DNA of 28,282 bases from Gemmatimonadota bacterium (GCA_039591655.1 JBDHDE010000061.1:1-28282), one strand, 5' to 3'; counted from the first letter of the stretch, positions 17,811-27,325 are shown. The notes: generated by a model not told the origin, from the letters alone. Program-made: numbers and translations.

Positions 17811-20438
17811 CTACCGCCCCCCAGCCGGTCGGTCCAGCAGCCCTAGCTCCACTCGTGAAAAGTCGTACTCCAAGTAGGTGTCGACGCCCGTGGCGATGCT
17901 CTCCTCGAAATGCTCGCGCGCCTGGGCGGTGTCGCCACGCTCCAACGCCAGGGCTCCGAGGAAGTAGTAGGCCTCGCAGCGCTGCCAATCGCGCCTCGCC
18001 TGGCTCAGCACCTCGCCATCGTCAACGGCGCCCAAGTAGAGTTTGACGACGGGGCTCGGCCATCTGCTAGCGCTCAGCGCCGCACCACGTTCCCGCAGAG
18101 TGCGCTCGGCCTCAGCGGCATCCCCAAGACGGCGGGCCAAGATCACCCAATAGAGCAGCGCGTAGTCACCTAACACGTGCTCGCCGGGGTCGAGTTGAAG
18201 GGACGAGGTGCGGAAACTCTCAAGTGCCTCAGCAAATTGCTCCATGCGGTAGTGATTGGCGCCGATGTACATGTGCTGGAAACCGCTATCGACAGGGGTC
18301 TGCATGTACGGCAGTCCCTGCTGCATCACGGCGAGAGCACGCTCGTACTGCCCAGCATCGACATAGAAACTGCCGAGCTGTGAGTAGGTGCGCGCGACGG
18401 TGGGGAAGTAGTCAAGGGACCGCTCCGTGAGATCAATGGCGCCGGCGAGGTTACCCTCGGATCGCAGGATGTTGGCGAGGATTCCGCTGGCCTCCGCCGC
18501 GATGCCCCTGAGAAACGGGTTCTCGGGGTCCGCCTCAAGGCCAATGTCGGCACGCGTGAGCGCGCTGCGTAGCAGCGGCTTGGCCGCGGTCGAGTCGCGC
18601 TTGACCCACATGTAGTAGTGAGCCACCCCGAGGTTACCCAGCGGCGAGTCCGGATTCTGATCCACGAGTCGTCGGAAGGTGATCATCATCTTCCGCAGCT
18701 CGAACAGGTTTGGCCTGCGGCCGGCGCGGATCTGGAGCAGGTGATACCCAGCCGAGCCGGTCAGAGCGACATCGTGGTTCGGATCGAGTGCCAGGGCTTG
18801 GTCGCTGTTCTCCTTGATGGCGTGGAGGGTGGCTTGGTCGAGGCGGGAACCGAAGTACGCCCCTACGGAGTGGGCGAAGCCCAGGTACGCATAGGCGTCG
18901 GCATATGACACGTCGCGTGCGATGGCCCGCTCGAGCAGCGGTATGGAGCTGTCGATGGCACTGGAGGTCCACCGTGTGAGATACGACTCCCCCTCCAGGA
19001 ACAGCTGGTACGCCTCGAGGTCGGTGGTCGGCGCCCGATGCATCTCCCGCCGCTCCCCCTGAGAGAGCTCCAAGTTCAGCGCGGCGACGATCTCGTTGGT
19101 GATTAGGCTCTGGACGGTGAAGATCTCAGCCAGCTCGCGGCGATAGGTTTCGGACCAGAGCACGAACTGATGCTCGGTGTCCACGAGCTGGGCCGTCACC
19201 CGCAAGTCGTCATCGACGATCTCCACAGTCCCTGCGAGGATTGCGTCCACCCCTAGGTCGCCAGCGATTGTGGTCGTGGACGCCGGCACGGTCCTGTATC
19301 GCATTACATCTATCCGCGGCGTCACCCGGAGCGAGCGTATCTTCGTTAGGCGGGACATGATCTCGTCGCTCAGGCCGGCGGCGAACCTAGTGCCCCGCTG
19401 CTCGGGCGTGACGCTCTCGAAGTACAGCACGGCGACGGACTTCTCGTAGTGGCGGTCACCCGGTCTGGGGTCCGACAGGAAGGGCCATGCAAACCAGAGT
19501 ACCGGCAGCGCGATCATGATGACGCCGAGCCCCACTGCGGCCATCCACGGCTTGACGTGCGGCCAGTTTCTGGGCAGAAGCGGCCGGATGAGCGCGCTGC
19601 TGCGCCGCGCTGCCTTGAGCGCTCGTCCGAAATCGGTCGCCGTAGCGTAACGATCGGCCGGCACTCTGGCGAGCGCCTTGCGGATCACGCGCTCAAGCGG
19701 TTCCGAGACGGTGTCGCGAACCACTCGCAGACTCGGTGCCGGCTCAGCGATCTTGCGCGCAATGATGGCATCCGGGGTCGATCCGGTGTGCGGCGGATCG
19801 CCGCCCAGCATCTCATACAGCACGCAGCAAAGGGCGTAGATGTCACTGCGGCCGTCGACATCGGAGTCGCCGCTCGCCTGCTCAGGGCTCATATATGCCG
19901 GCGTACCCACCGCGAAGCCGGTGGCCGTGAGACGGCTGCTCCCCGCCGCACTCAGGGCCCGGGCCACGCCAAAGTCGGCGACTACCGCGTGGCCCTCTTC
20001 GATCAGGATGTTCTCGGGCTTGATGTCGCGGTGGACCACGCCGCAGCTGTGCGCGTAAGCGAGCGCGTCGGCTACTTCCCTTGCGACCAGGATTGCGTCG
20101 TTGAGCGGGAGACGGCGCTCGCGCTCCATCCGTACCCTTAGGGCCTCCCCAACCACGTAGGGCATGACATAGAACAGCAGCCCGTCCGCCTCTCCAGAAT
20201 CGAGCAGGGTCAGGATGTGGGGGTGATTCAGCTGGGCCGTGATCTCTATCTCGCGTAGGAAGCGCTCGGTCCCAAGAGCCGCAGCAAGCTCGGGCTTCAG
20301 AACCTTGATGGCAACTTGGCGATGGTGCTTGCGATCCTCGGCGAGATAGACGGTGGCCATGCCACCGCTACCGAGCTCCCGTTCTATGCTGTAGCGGTCG
20401 GCCAGTGCTGTCTTGAGGCGGTCCAGCAGGTCGGTCAT
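17811..20438 (-). CDS. Hanks-type Ser/Thr protein kinase, TM segment, TolB-N-like domain, TPRs with NlpI-like C-terminus
   Basis: Kinase motifs HRDIKPEN, DFG, GTPAYMSPEQ; KSVAVLYF..FAAGLSDEI; terminal CEAYYFLG..F..IATGV..YLEY. Confidence 0.95.
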   Translation of the reverse strand: MTDLLDRLKTALADRYSIERELGSGGMATVYLAEDRKHHRQVAIKVLKPELAAALGTERFLREIEITAQLNHPHILTLLDSGEADGLLFYVMPYVVGEALRVRMERERRLPLNDAILVAREVADALAYAHSCGVVHRDIKPENILIEEGHAVVADFGVARALSAAGSSRLTATGFAVGTPAYMSPEQASGDSDVDGRSDIYALCCVLYEMLGGDPPHTGSTPDAIIARKIAEPAPSLRVVRDTVSEPLERVIRKALARVPADRYATATDFGRALKAARRSSALIRPLLPRNWPHVKPWMAAVGLGVIMIALPVLWFAWPFLSDPRPGDRHYEKSVAVLYFESVTPEQRGTRFAAGLSDEIMSRLTKIRSLRVTPRIDVMRYRTVPASTTTIAGDLGVDAILAGTVEIVDDDLRVTAQLVDTEHQFVLWSETYRRELAEIFTVQSLITNEIVAALNLELSQGERREMHRAPTTDLEAYQLFLEGESYLTRWTSSAIDSSIPLLERAIARDVSYADAYAYLGFAHSVGAYFGSRLDQATLHAIKENSDQALALDPNHDVALTGSAGYHLLQIRAGRRPNLFELRKMMITFRRLVDQNPDSPLGNLGVAHYYMWVKRDSTAAKPLLRSALTRADIGLEADPENPFLRGIAAEASGILANILRSEGNLAGAIDLTERSLDYFPTVARTYSQLGSFYVDAGQYERALAVMQQGLPYMQTPVDSGFQHMYIGANHYRMEQFAEALESFRTSSLQLDPGEHVLGDYALLYWVILARRLGDAAEAERTLRERGAALSASRWPSPVVKLYLGAVDDGEVLSQARRDWQRCEAYYFLGALALERGDTAQAREHFEESIATGVDTYLEYDFSRVELGLLDRPAGGR

Positions 20439-20653
20439 GGAAATGACCTGGGCTGGGGCTGGTCTAAGGTATGGCTCAGGAATCAGATGGGCCAGGCAGG
20501 GCCTTGAGCCTCAACTACTTGCGTCATCAGCACGTTGAGGGGCGTGGGCCCGTGATCTCGGGCTCCTGGACACGCCCGCACGGGCGTGTCCGGGTAGGGG
20601 GCTTCGGCCGAGTGGTGTGTGAAGGCGAGCACTCGTCGGGATTCTTGGCCCCG

Positions 20654-20692
20654 AAACGACAGCGCCCGGCGCGGGGCCGGGCGCTGTCGTTT
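20654..20692. terminator. Stem-loop, probable intrinsic terminator of the TonB/ECF operon
   Basis: AAACGACAGCGCCCGGC-gcggg-GCCGGGCGCTGTCGTTT, 17-bp perfect stem. Confidence 0.7.
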
Positions 20693-20803
20693 GTGGGCTG
20701 GCCTACGTTGAGCCGTCGTTGAACCCGTGGCCCCCACCTCGCGACACCTTCAAACCGCCAGGCTACTGTGCTCCAGACACCGCGCTGACGCGCGCAAGGC
20801 GGC

Positions 20804-21493
20804 TCACTCCACCGTCACGCTCGCGGTCCCCGACTTGCCCTCAGCTTCCGCCGTGACGGTGGCCGCGCCGGGCTTCAGTGCCTCCAGGAGGACAAACGTG
20901 GCCTGCTGACTCCGGACGGCCAGCACGGTGGGATCGCTCACGCTCCAGGTGACGGACCGATCGAAGATCCGGTTTCCGTCGGCGTCCCGCAGGATCGCCT
21001 CGATGCCCCCGAGTCCCGAATCCCCATGGATCACGATTGTCAGGTGGGACGGTAGCAGCTCGATGCTCGCCAGCGGCCCCACTACGGGCGGACCGATGTG
21101 CACCGTGCGGGAGCCGGTGACGCCCTGAATCGTCGCCAGCACGTCGGCCGCACCGTCGCCCACTGCCTTGACCTCCGCCGAGCTGCCGTTGCCGGTGACG
21201 CTCAGCACCGCGTCATCGGAGGTGGACCATGTGACGTCTTCCGTGATGACGGAGTCGATGTCGGGGGCGAACGTCAAGAGGGTGGAGTCGCCGGCGGCGA
21301 TGAATGCGATGGCGTAGAACGTGGTGCTGTTGCCCAACTCCAGATTCCCGGGCCCGACGACCTGAACCGAAACGACGGGTCCGATATCGGACTGGCCCGA
21401 TCCTACCGACCCCAACACTCTCTCGCTTCCGCCGCCGTCACAGGCGCCAAGGGCGAGCGCGGCGAATACGGCGACGGTGGGAATGGCACGCAT
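20804..21493 (-). CDS. Lipoprotein with two bacterial Ig-like (Big_2) domains
   Basis: Lipobox LGAC; VTWSTSDDAVLSV and VTWSVSDPTVLAV..GAATVTAEAEGKSGTASVTV; AGGAG RBS. Confidence 0.85.
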   Translation of the reverse strand: MRAIPTVAVFAALALGACDGGGSERVLGSVGSGQSDIGPVVSVQVVGPGNLELGNSTTFYAIAFIAAGDSTLLTFAPDIDSVITEDVTWSTSDDAVLSVTGNGSSAEVKAVGDGAADVLATIQGVTGSRTVHIGPPVVGPLASIELLPSHLTIVIHGDSGLGGIEAILRDADGNRIFDRSVTWSVSDPTVLAVRSQQATFVLLEALKPGAATVTAEAEGKSGTASVTVE

Positions 21494-21568
21494 GGGACAC
21501 TCTCCTCCTGGCGAAGTGGATCGTCGCTGTTTACTGAGACAACGAGTGGGAACGCCAGTTTCTGACGC

Positions 21569-22267
21569 TCACCGGGCCGCGGGCTCCGTAAGCGGGACCG
21601 TCCAGCCCGCGATGCCCAGTGCTGGATCGAGCTCCAGCACCGGCTCGTCCCCGATCGCCACACGGATGGGTGAGAGTGTCCGTGGCAGCAGGACGACGTA
21701 GGATCCCCGGGAGGTCCGGTCGTTCTCGATTCGCAGGCCGTGAGGGAGCACGACCAGGCCTTCGGTGTCGGGATCGCCGACGATCGTCGCCGTGGCGGTC
21801 GGCGCCTCGCCGAGCTGCACAGTCAGGGTCCCGGCGGCCTGGCGGCCGGCCAACGCGATCTCGAACCCGCCGGCCGCCGGCACGAAAGAGATCGAGGCAG
21901 AGGGCGGCTCGGCCACGGGGGTGCTGGGGCTTTCCTGTCCGCCGCTGCCCACCACGAGATGCCACAGCTCCTGACCGCGCTGGGCGATCCAGGCCCGCAC
22001 CGGTTGTACGCCTGCCGCGGCCGCCAGGAGCACCACGGCCGCGGCGGCGGCGTACAGCCACGTGCGCGCGTGAATCGGGAGAGTCCGTGGCTGCGGCTCG
22101 GCCCGCCGCAGCGCGTGCGACACCATCCGTATCCGGCTCTCGAGCTGGCCGAGCCGGACACGACACTGTTCGCAGGCACCGGTGTGCTCGCGCACCTGCG
22201 TGGCTTCCGCGGCGTCGCACTCGCTGTCCAGGAACCGTACCAGCGCGCCATCGTCCATGTGCGTCAT
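21569..22267 (-). CDS. Zinc-binding (ZAS/zf-HC2-type) transmembrane anti-sigma factor
   Basis: H..HxxxCxxC (EHTGACEQC), single TM segment, ATGA overlap with the sigma gene. Confidence 0.85.
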   Translation of the reverse strand: MTHMDDGALVRFLDSECDAAEATQVREHTGACEQCRVRLGQLESRIRMVSHALRRAEPQPRTLPIHARTWLYAAAAAVVLLAAAAGVQPVRAWIAQRGQELWHLVVGSGGQESPSTPVAEPPSASISFVPAAGGFEIALAGRQAAGTLTVQLGEAPTATATIVGDPDTEGLVVLPHGLRIENDRTSRGSYVVLLPRTLSPIRVAIGDEPVLELDPALGIAGWTVPLTEPAAR

Positions 22268-22773
22268 CGGTCGCCCTCCGGTCCCAAGGCCAGGGCCACC
22301 TTGTCCGCGGCCCGGGCGATCATTGTGCCAACCGATTTGGCTGTCGTGCCCACGGCTTCGGCGATCTCCCGGTGCCGGAAGCCCTCATGGCGGAGCAGCA
22401 GTACGCTGCGCTCCCGCTCGGACAGTCCGTCCAGCGCGGCGCGCAGGCGAGCACCCAACTCTTCGCGCTCGAGCTGCACCGCCGCGTCGGGAACGGCTGC
22501 CGGCCCCGGAAGCATATCGCCCTGCTCGGCGAGGAGTTCCCGGCGGCGCCGTGCCACGCGCAACGTGTCCCGCGCCAGGTTGGTCGCGACCGTGAACAGC
22601 CACCCCCGCGTGGCCTCGGACCGGCGCGGCATCCGCTCACGCGCCCGCAGGAAGGTCTCCTGCACCACGTCTTCGGCCAGGTCCGGATCACCGGTGAACC
22701 AGGTCGCGTAGCGATACAGCGCGGCCCGGTATCGCCGATAGAGCGCATCGAGGTCACGGTCAGAACCGGGCAC
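22264..22773 (-). CDS. ECF (sigma-70 family) RNA polymerase sigma factor
   Basis: LAEDVVQETFLRA, GWLFTVATNLARD, LSERERSVLLLRHEGFRHREIAEAVG; GTG start at 22773 is inferred. Confidence 0.9.
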   Translation of the reverse strand: MPGSDRDLDALYRRYRAALYRYATWFTGDPDLAEDVVQETFLRARERMPRRSEATRGWLFTVATNLARDTLRVARRRRELLAEQGDMLPGPAAVPDAAVQLEREELGARLRAALDGLSERERSVLLLRHEGFRHREIAEAVGTTAKSVGTMIARAADKVALALGPEGDR

Positions 22774-25255
22774 GCACCCCCACCAGGGGAAGCAGCGGCA
22801 GCCCACGGTCGAAGAGATCGCACACGCCGGCTCGCGGCATCTGGCTCGTCGGTACCGGCGTAGAGCACGGTTCCTCCGAGCCGACGTACGTCACGGCGTT
22901 GCGGCGATTGAGGATGTTCAGCACCTGTAGCGTCACTGCCAGCTCCCAAGTGCTAAAACGCCGCGTCCACTCGGCCATGAGGCTGAACGTGACGTAAGCC
23001 GGCGCCAGTCCTGCGCCGGGTTCCTCGATCGCCCTGGTGGTGATGAGCAGGGTGTCGGGACAGGTGATGGTGTCCGAGCCGGAGCACGGCACCGCATCGC
23101 GGAGGAACCTGGTGAAGTGCGCGCCGCTGGCCGCGGTGACCGCACCTCCCAATCGGATGGCGGATCCCAGGCGGGCGGTCACCACCCCGTCCAGCACGTG
23201 GCGGCGGGCGGAGGGCGCCGGGTAGACCAGGTCCAGAGCCTCGAGCTGGGAGCCGCCGTAGGTATAGGACGCCGCCAGGGTCACGGGACCGGCAAGCCGT
23301 CTGAGCGAGACCTCGACCCCAGCCGCCCGGTTCACGGCCGGCACAAACAGCGGCCGATGCGGCCCGGTTTGGCCCGGCGTCGGGTCGGGGACTGCCACCC
23401 CCGTGGCGATGCGCCCGTAGAGGGTTGCCGAGGCCAGCCAGGTAGTGCTGAGCCAGGCCTCGGCTCCGATTGTGGCCACGTCGGATCGGATGGCCGGAAT
23501 CGTGTCCCGCGCCATGAGCCACACATCGGAGATGTACAGATCAGGCCCGATGCCCGGCCCCGCCGGCGCGACGGCCTGCGTGTACTGATAGGAGCGGCCG
23601 TACGCGGCGGACAGAGTGATCCATGGCGTAGCCGCGATCCGCACGCTGAGGCGCGGGGCCAGCGCCAGCGTGCCGACGTTCGCCACGTCGCCCGGCAGCT
23701 CCGCCCGCAGGCCTGCCTGCACTGCGACACGCTCGCCCGACCAGCGTCCCTCTCCCCACAGCGCCAGTCGGACGTTACGCAGTGCGAGCTGCAGGGTGTC
23801 GTGGAACAGCAGCTCCGGGTAGGGCCGGGGCAGGGGACCGGTGAACTCCTGTTGCTGCACGACGAGCTCGGAGCCTGCGCTCCAGTGTCGCCGCCGCCCC
23901 GCCGCCAACGGCTCGAGCCGCGACCGCAGCGCGAAGTGGGCGATCACGTTGCTGATGGGTTGGTGGGTCGGCACTGCTTGCCTCAGCGACGAGTCGGCGA
24001 CGAATAGCGCCGACTGAACGGCGGCGCCGAACCGGCTCACCCCCACCGAGTGCCTGCCGTAGAGGGAGCCGTGGCGCATGCCCACGGTGACCTGACCGAG
24101 TACGTTGCCCCAGTGACCTCGGTTGTTGCTCAGGAGGTCGGGCACGGTCCCCCACACATCGTCCCGCTCCCACAGGGTGCTGGCCTCGAGACGCGCGCCA
24201 CCCAGCAGCGGTGCGTCAAGCCGCCCGGCCAGGTCGAGGAAGGCGTACGGGATGCGGCCAGCCGAATCAGTCACGATGTGGCTCAGCAGGTCGATGTGGG
24301 AGCGGCGGGCGGCGACGCTCCAGCCGCCGGTACCTTCGGCCAGGGGAGCACCGAGCGCCAGCCGCGCGCTGGCCACGGAGAGGCCTGCCGCACCGCCGAA
24401 CCGGGGCCCGGTCCACCGCCGGGACGTGAGGTCCAGCACTCCGGCGGCGCCCTCGCCGATAGCGGCCGACCGCACGCCCGGATGGAAGAACGCCCCCCCC
24501 ACGGCGTCGGGGTTCACTCCTGAGAGCACCCCGGCGGCGTGCACTGGATTGAACAGCGGGAGCCCGTCGTAGTACACCCGCGTGTGGCTCCACGGGGCGC
24601 CGCGGGTCCACAGGGCCGAGGTGAAGTCGTCGCGGGTCGTCACGCCGGGAAGCCGGTGCAGCGCCCGGAAGAGATCCGTCTCACCGAGGGTGACCGCCTC
24701 CGCCAGGTCGTCCTCGGTCACCGCCCGCGCGTCGCTCTCGAGGAACCGCTCCTGGCGGTAGGCCACGACGTCGAGCCGCGCATCGCCCGCCCGCCGAGCC
24801 GAAGCGAACGCTGGTATGGGGCGAGCGCTCACGATCTCCCGCTCCAACCGGATGGGCTGCAGTGCGAGCCCAACGGACAGCTGCAGGGAGGGGGCACGCC
24901 GGAGATCCACGTCGACGGAGGCGGGGCGGAACCCCAGGAGCCTCACCGTCAGTCGGTACTCACCCGGACCCAGCCCGCCGAACCTGTAGGCTCCCCGCTC
25001 GTTGGTTCGCATGCTCAGGTGCGTCGCCCAACGCCGGTCACGTGTCGGCACTAGCCCGCCGGGCGCCGGTTCCAGCGCGACGAGGGCGTCCGCCAGAGGC
25101 TCGCCGGTAGCGGCGTCCAGAATGGTCCCACTGACGGTGCCGGCGGCGGGCTCTGCCTGCTGGCCCCGGGCTGCTGGCGCCGCGAGAAGCAAAAGTGCCG
25201 CCCCGAGTACCGCGGTCCAACAGGTGTGCCCGGCGGGCGGGGTTGTTATCCGCAT
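22760..25255 (-). CDS. TonB-dependent receptor with N-terminal carboxypeptidase-regulatory-like domain
   Basis: GTVSGTILDAATGEPLADA; plug ETDLFRALHRLPGV..RG..YYDGLPLFNPVH; PRLS; NILNRRN; C-terminal Phe. Confidence 0.85.
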   Translation of the reverse strand: MRITTPPAGHTCWTAVLGAALLLLAAPAARGQQAEPAAGTVSGTILDAATGEPLADALVALEPAPGGLVPTRDRRWATHLSMRTNERGAYRFGGLGPGEYRLTVRLLGFRPASVDVDLRRAPSLQLSVGLALQPIRLEREIVSARPIPAFASARRAGDARLDVVAYRQERFLESDARAVTEDDLAEAVTLGETDLFRALHRLPGVTTRDDFTSALWTRGAPWSHTRVYYDGLPLFNPVHAAGVLSGVNPDAVGGAFFHPGVRSAAIGEGAAGVLDLTSRRWTGPRFGGAAGLSVASARLALGAPLAEGTGGWSVAARRSHIDLLSHIVTDSAGRIPYAFLDLAGRLDAPLLGGARLEASTLWERDDVWGTVPDLLSNNRGHWGNVLGQVTVGMRHGSLYGRHSVGVSRFGAAVQSALFVADSSLRQAVPTHQPISNVIAHFALRSRLEPLAAGRRRHWSAGSELVVQQQEFTGPLPRPYPELLFHDTLQLALRNVRLALWGEGRWSGERVAVQAGLRAELPGDVANVGTLALAPRLSVRIAATPWITLSAAYGRSYQYTQAVAPAGPGIGPDLYISDVWLMARDTIPAIRSDVATIGAEAWLSTTWLASATLYGRIATGVAVPDPTPGQTGPHRPLFVPAVNRAAGVEVSLRRLAGPVTLAASYTYGGSQLEALDLVYPAPSARRHVLDGVVTARLGSAIRLGGAVTAASGAHFTRFLRDAVPCSGSDTITCPDTLLITTRAIEEPGAGLAPAYVTFSLMAEWTRRFSTWELAVTLQVLNILNRRNAVTYVGSEEPCSTPVPTSQMPRAGVCDLFDRGLPLLPLVGVRARF

Positions 25256-25515
25256 GGGGTCGCCCCTTCTGCCCTATCCAACGACTGGGTGGGGGGGGTT
25301 CTGACCTATCTACCCCGGGCGGCTGAATCGGGTTGCTCCCGGCCTTGCCCCGATCCCATCATGGCCTCATTGAACACACCAGAAACCAGGTGGCATGGTC
25401 GTTGCTCTCCCGATCCGGCGGCGACCCTTGCGCCGACGTGGACCGGCCCTCACACTTTCCCCGTGTCCCCGCACGAGAATCACCGGCCCAAAACGCTCTT
25501 TCAAGGTACACGAGT

Positions 25516-25692
25516 ATGATGAAGCTATCAGCGCTGTTGATCGTCTTCGCGCTCGCCGCTTGCGGCGGCCAGGCGGAGGAAGGCACGATGGAGGAGGAGG
25601 GCATGATGGAGGAGGAGTCGGGAATGATGGCTGACTCCGCCATGATGCAGCCCGACTCCGCGATGGCGCGCGATACGTCGGAAGGGATGTAG
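25516..25692 (+). CDS. Methionine-rich acidic small lipoprotein
   Basis: Lipobox LAAC; 9 Met in the 43-aa mature peptide (TMEEEGMMEEESGMMADSAMMQPDSAMARDTSEGM). Confidence 0.75.
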   Translation: MMKLSALLIVFALAACGGQAEEGTMEEEGMMEEESGMMADSAMMQPDSAMARDTSEGM

Positions 25693-25730
25693 CACCAGCA
25701 CCGGCTGCGGCAACGGGGATCGGGAGCCCG

Positions 25731-26387
25731 ATGCGGCGTCACCACTGGATCGTACGAGTTACGCACTGGTGCGCGTTCATCCTGCTCTTCGGGATGATCG
25801 CGAGTGGGCTCCAGATCTACCGCGCCTACCCTCGATTCGGAGAGCGGGGCGGTCCGTACTACCCCCAGCCCTTCCAGGATGTGGTCTTCCCGGAGTGGGC
25901 CCGGCTCGGCGGTTGGCTGGCGGGGGGCATCAACTGGCACCTTTTCCTGATGTGGCCCCTGATGCTCGTGGGGCTGGTCTACATCGGCTACCTGATCGTT
26001 TCGGGCGAGTGGAGGAAGCTGCTGTTTCGGCCGCGTGACGCGAAGCCCGCCCTCGAGATGCACAAGTACTACCTCCGCCTCCGGAAGGACCATCCTCTAC
26101 AAGGCAAGCACAACGCGCTCCAGAAGCTCGCGTACACCCTCATTGTTGGTCTGGGAGCGCTCTCCGTGCTGACCGGATGGGCGATCTACAAGCCGGTGCA
26201 GTTATGGTGGCTCACTGCTACGTTCGGGGGTTTCCAGGCAGCACGGTACTGGCACTTTTGGGCAGTCTGGCTGTTCGTGGGCTTCAGCGTGATCCATATG
26301 GTTCTCGTCTTCGTGGTCGATCGGGCATCCCTCCGCGCCATGGTCACGGGCAAGTACGACGGGAGGTTCACGAGTGATGAGCCATAA
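25731..26387 (+). CDS. Cytochrome b/b6-domain membrane protein (Ni/Fe-hydrogenase cytochrome b-like), partner of the Mo enzyme
   Basis: VRVTHW, WHLFLMW, KHNALQKLAY, ARYWHF..IHMVLV heme-ligating histidines. Confidence 0.9.
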   Translation: MRRHHWIVRVTHWCAFILLFGMIASGLQIYRAYPRFGERGGPYYPQPFQDVVFPEWARLGGWLAGGINWHLFLMWPLMLVGLVYIGYLIVSGEWRKLLFRPRDAKPALEMHKYYLRLRKDHPLQGKHNALQKLAYTLIVGLGALSVLTGWAIYKPVQLWWLTATFGGFQAARYWHFWAVWLFVGFSVIHMVLVFVVDRASLRAMVTGKYDGRFTSDEP

Positions 26388-27072
26388 ACCGGACCGCCGC
26401 GCCTTCATCGCCGGCGCCGCCGCGGCGCTGGCCGCCTGCGGGTGGGACGGGGGCTCGGCCCTGAGACCCGGCCTGGAGCGGTTCTCGCGGCTCAACGACT
26501 GGCTGGGGGAGCGTCTACTCTCCCACGACCGCCTGGCACGGAAGTACGATCCGAGCCAGCGCTCCCGCAGCTTCCCAAGCTATCACATCAGCCGGATGAC
26601 GCCGACGCTGGCCGACCCGAGCGCCTGGCGTCTCGATGTCGGTGGCCTGGTGCGCCGCCCCACGAGCCTGTCGCTGGACGAGATCCAACGCTTGTACGAG
26701 CTGAGCTACACGGTCAAGCACCACTGCGTGGAGGGATGGTCGGCGATCGCCACCTGGACCGGCGTGCCGCTGCACGTGGTGGCCGACCTGGTGCAGCCGC
26801 GCCCCGAAGCGCGCTACGTTCAGTTCGACTCGTTCGACGCCGACTACTACAACGGGTGGGATCTGAAGTCCGCGATGCACCCGGAGACGATCCTCGCCTA
26901 CGGCTTCAACGACCAGGACCTGATGCCCGACCACGGCGCGCCGCTGCGCCTGTACGCGCCGCACAAGCTGGGCTACAAGCTCACGAAGTACTTGACCAGG
27001 ATCACGTTCACGGGCGAGCGGCCCGGCGGCTACTGGGAAGACCAGGGCTACCCATGGTTCGGCGGCGTGTAA
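26377..27072 (+). CDS. Sulfite-oxidase-family molybdopterin oxidoreductase (MsrP/YedY-like)
   Basis: Twin-arginine DRRAFI; HHCVEGWS; DHGAPLRL..KLGYKLTKY; GGYWEDQGY. Confidence 0.9.
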   Translation: MSHKPDRRAFIAGAAAALAACGWDGGSALRPGLERFSRLNDWLGERLLSHDRLARKYDPSQRSRSFPSYHISRMTPTLADPSAWRLDVGGLVRRPTSLSLDEIQRLYELSYTVKHHCVEGWSAIATWTGVPLHVVADLVQPRPEARYVQFDSFDADYYNGWDLKSAMHPETILAYGFNDQDLMPDHGAPLRLYAPHKLGYKLTKYLTRITFTGERPGGYWEDQGYPWFGGV

Positions 27073-27284
27073 GGCTGGGCCTCTGCGCCGGGGTACTCCT
27101 GGCCGTCGCGTGCGGCCGGGAGCGTGACATGCCCGAGACGATGGAGCTGCGGGATTCGATGCCCGTCATGCGGGCGCTCGAGGACGGGCGGGCGCGGGAT
27201 TCCATGCTCGACACCATGCCGGGCGGCGAGATGGCGCGCGGCGACTCGGCGGCGGCGGCGAGACTGCTCGAACAGAAGCGGTAG
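27069..27284 (+). CDS. Second Met-rich small lipoprotein (start codon uncertain)
   Basis: C-terminal part of track ORF 26442..27284: RLGLCAGVLLAVAC then 7 Met in 57 aa; the in-frame codon overlapping the upstream stop is GTA, so the start is non-canonical or mutated. Confidence 0.5.
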   Translation, partial: VRLGLCAGVLLAVACGRERDMPETMELRDSMPVMRALEDGRARDSMLDTMPGGEMARGDSAAAARLLEQKR

Positions 27285-27325
27285 CGGGCGCAGCGGCGGC
27301 GCACGTCAGCAGCGGTCGCCGTACC

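Noticed and set aside
26442..27068. 280-aa ORF 26442..27284 as a full gene
   Set aside because: Most of it is an alternative frame of the Mo-oxidoreductase; only the last ~70 codons look like a real lipopeptide
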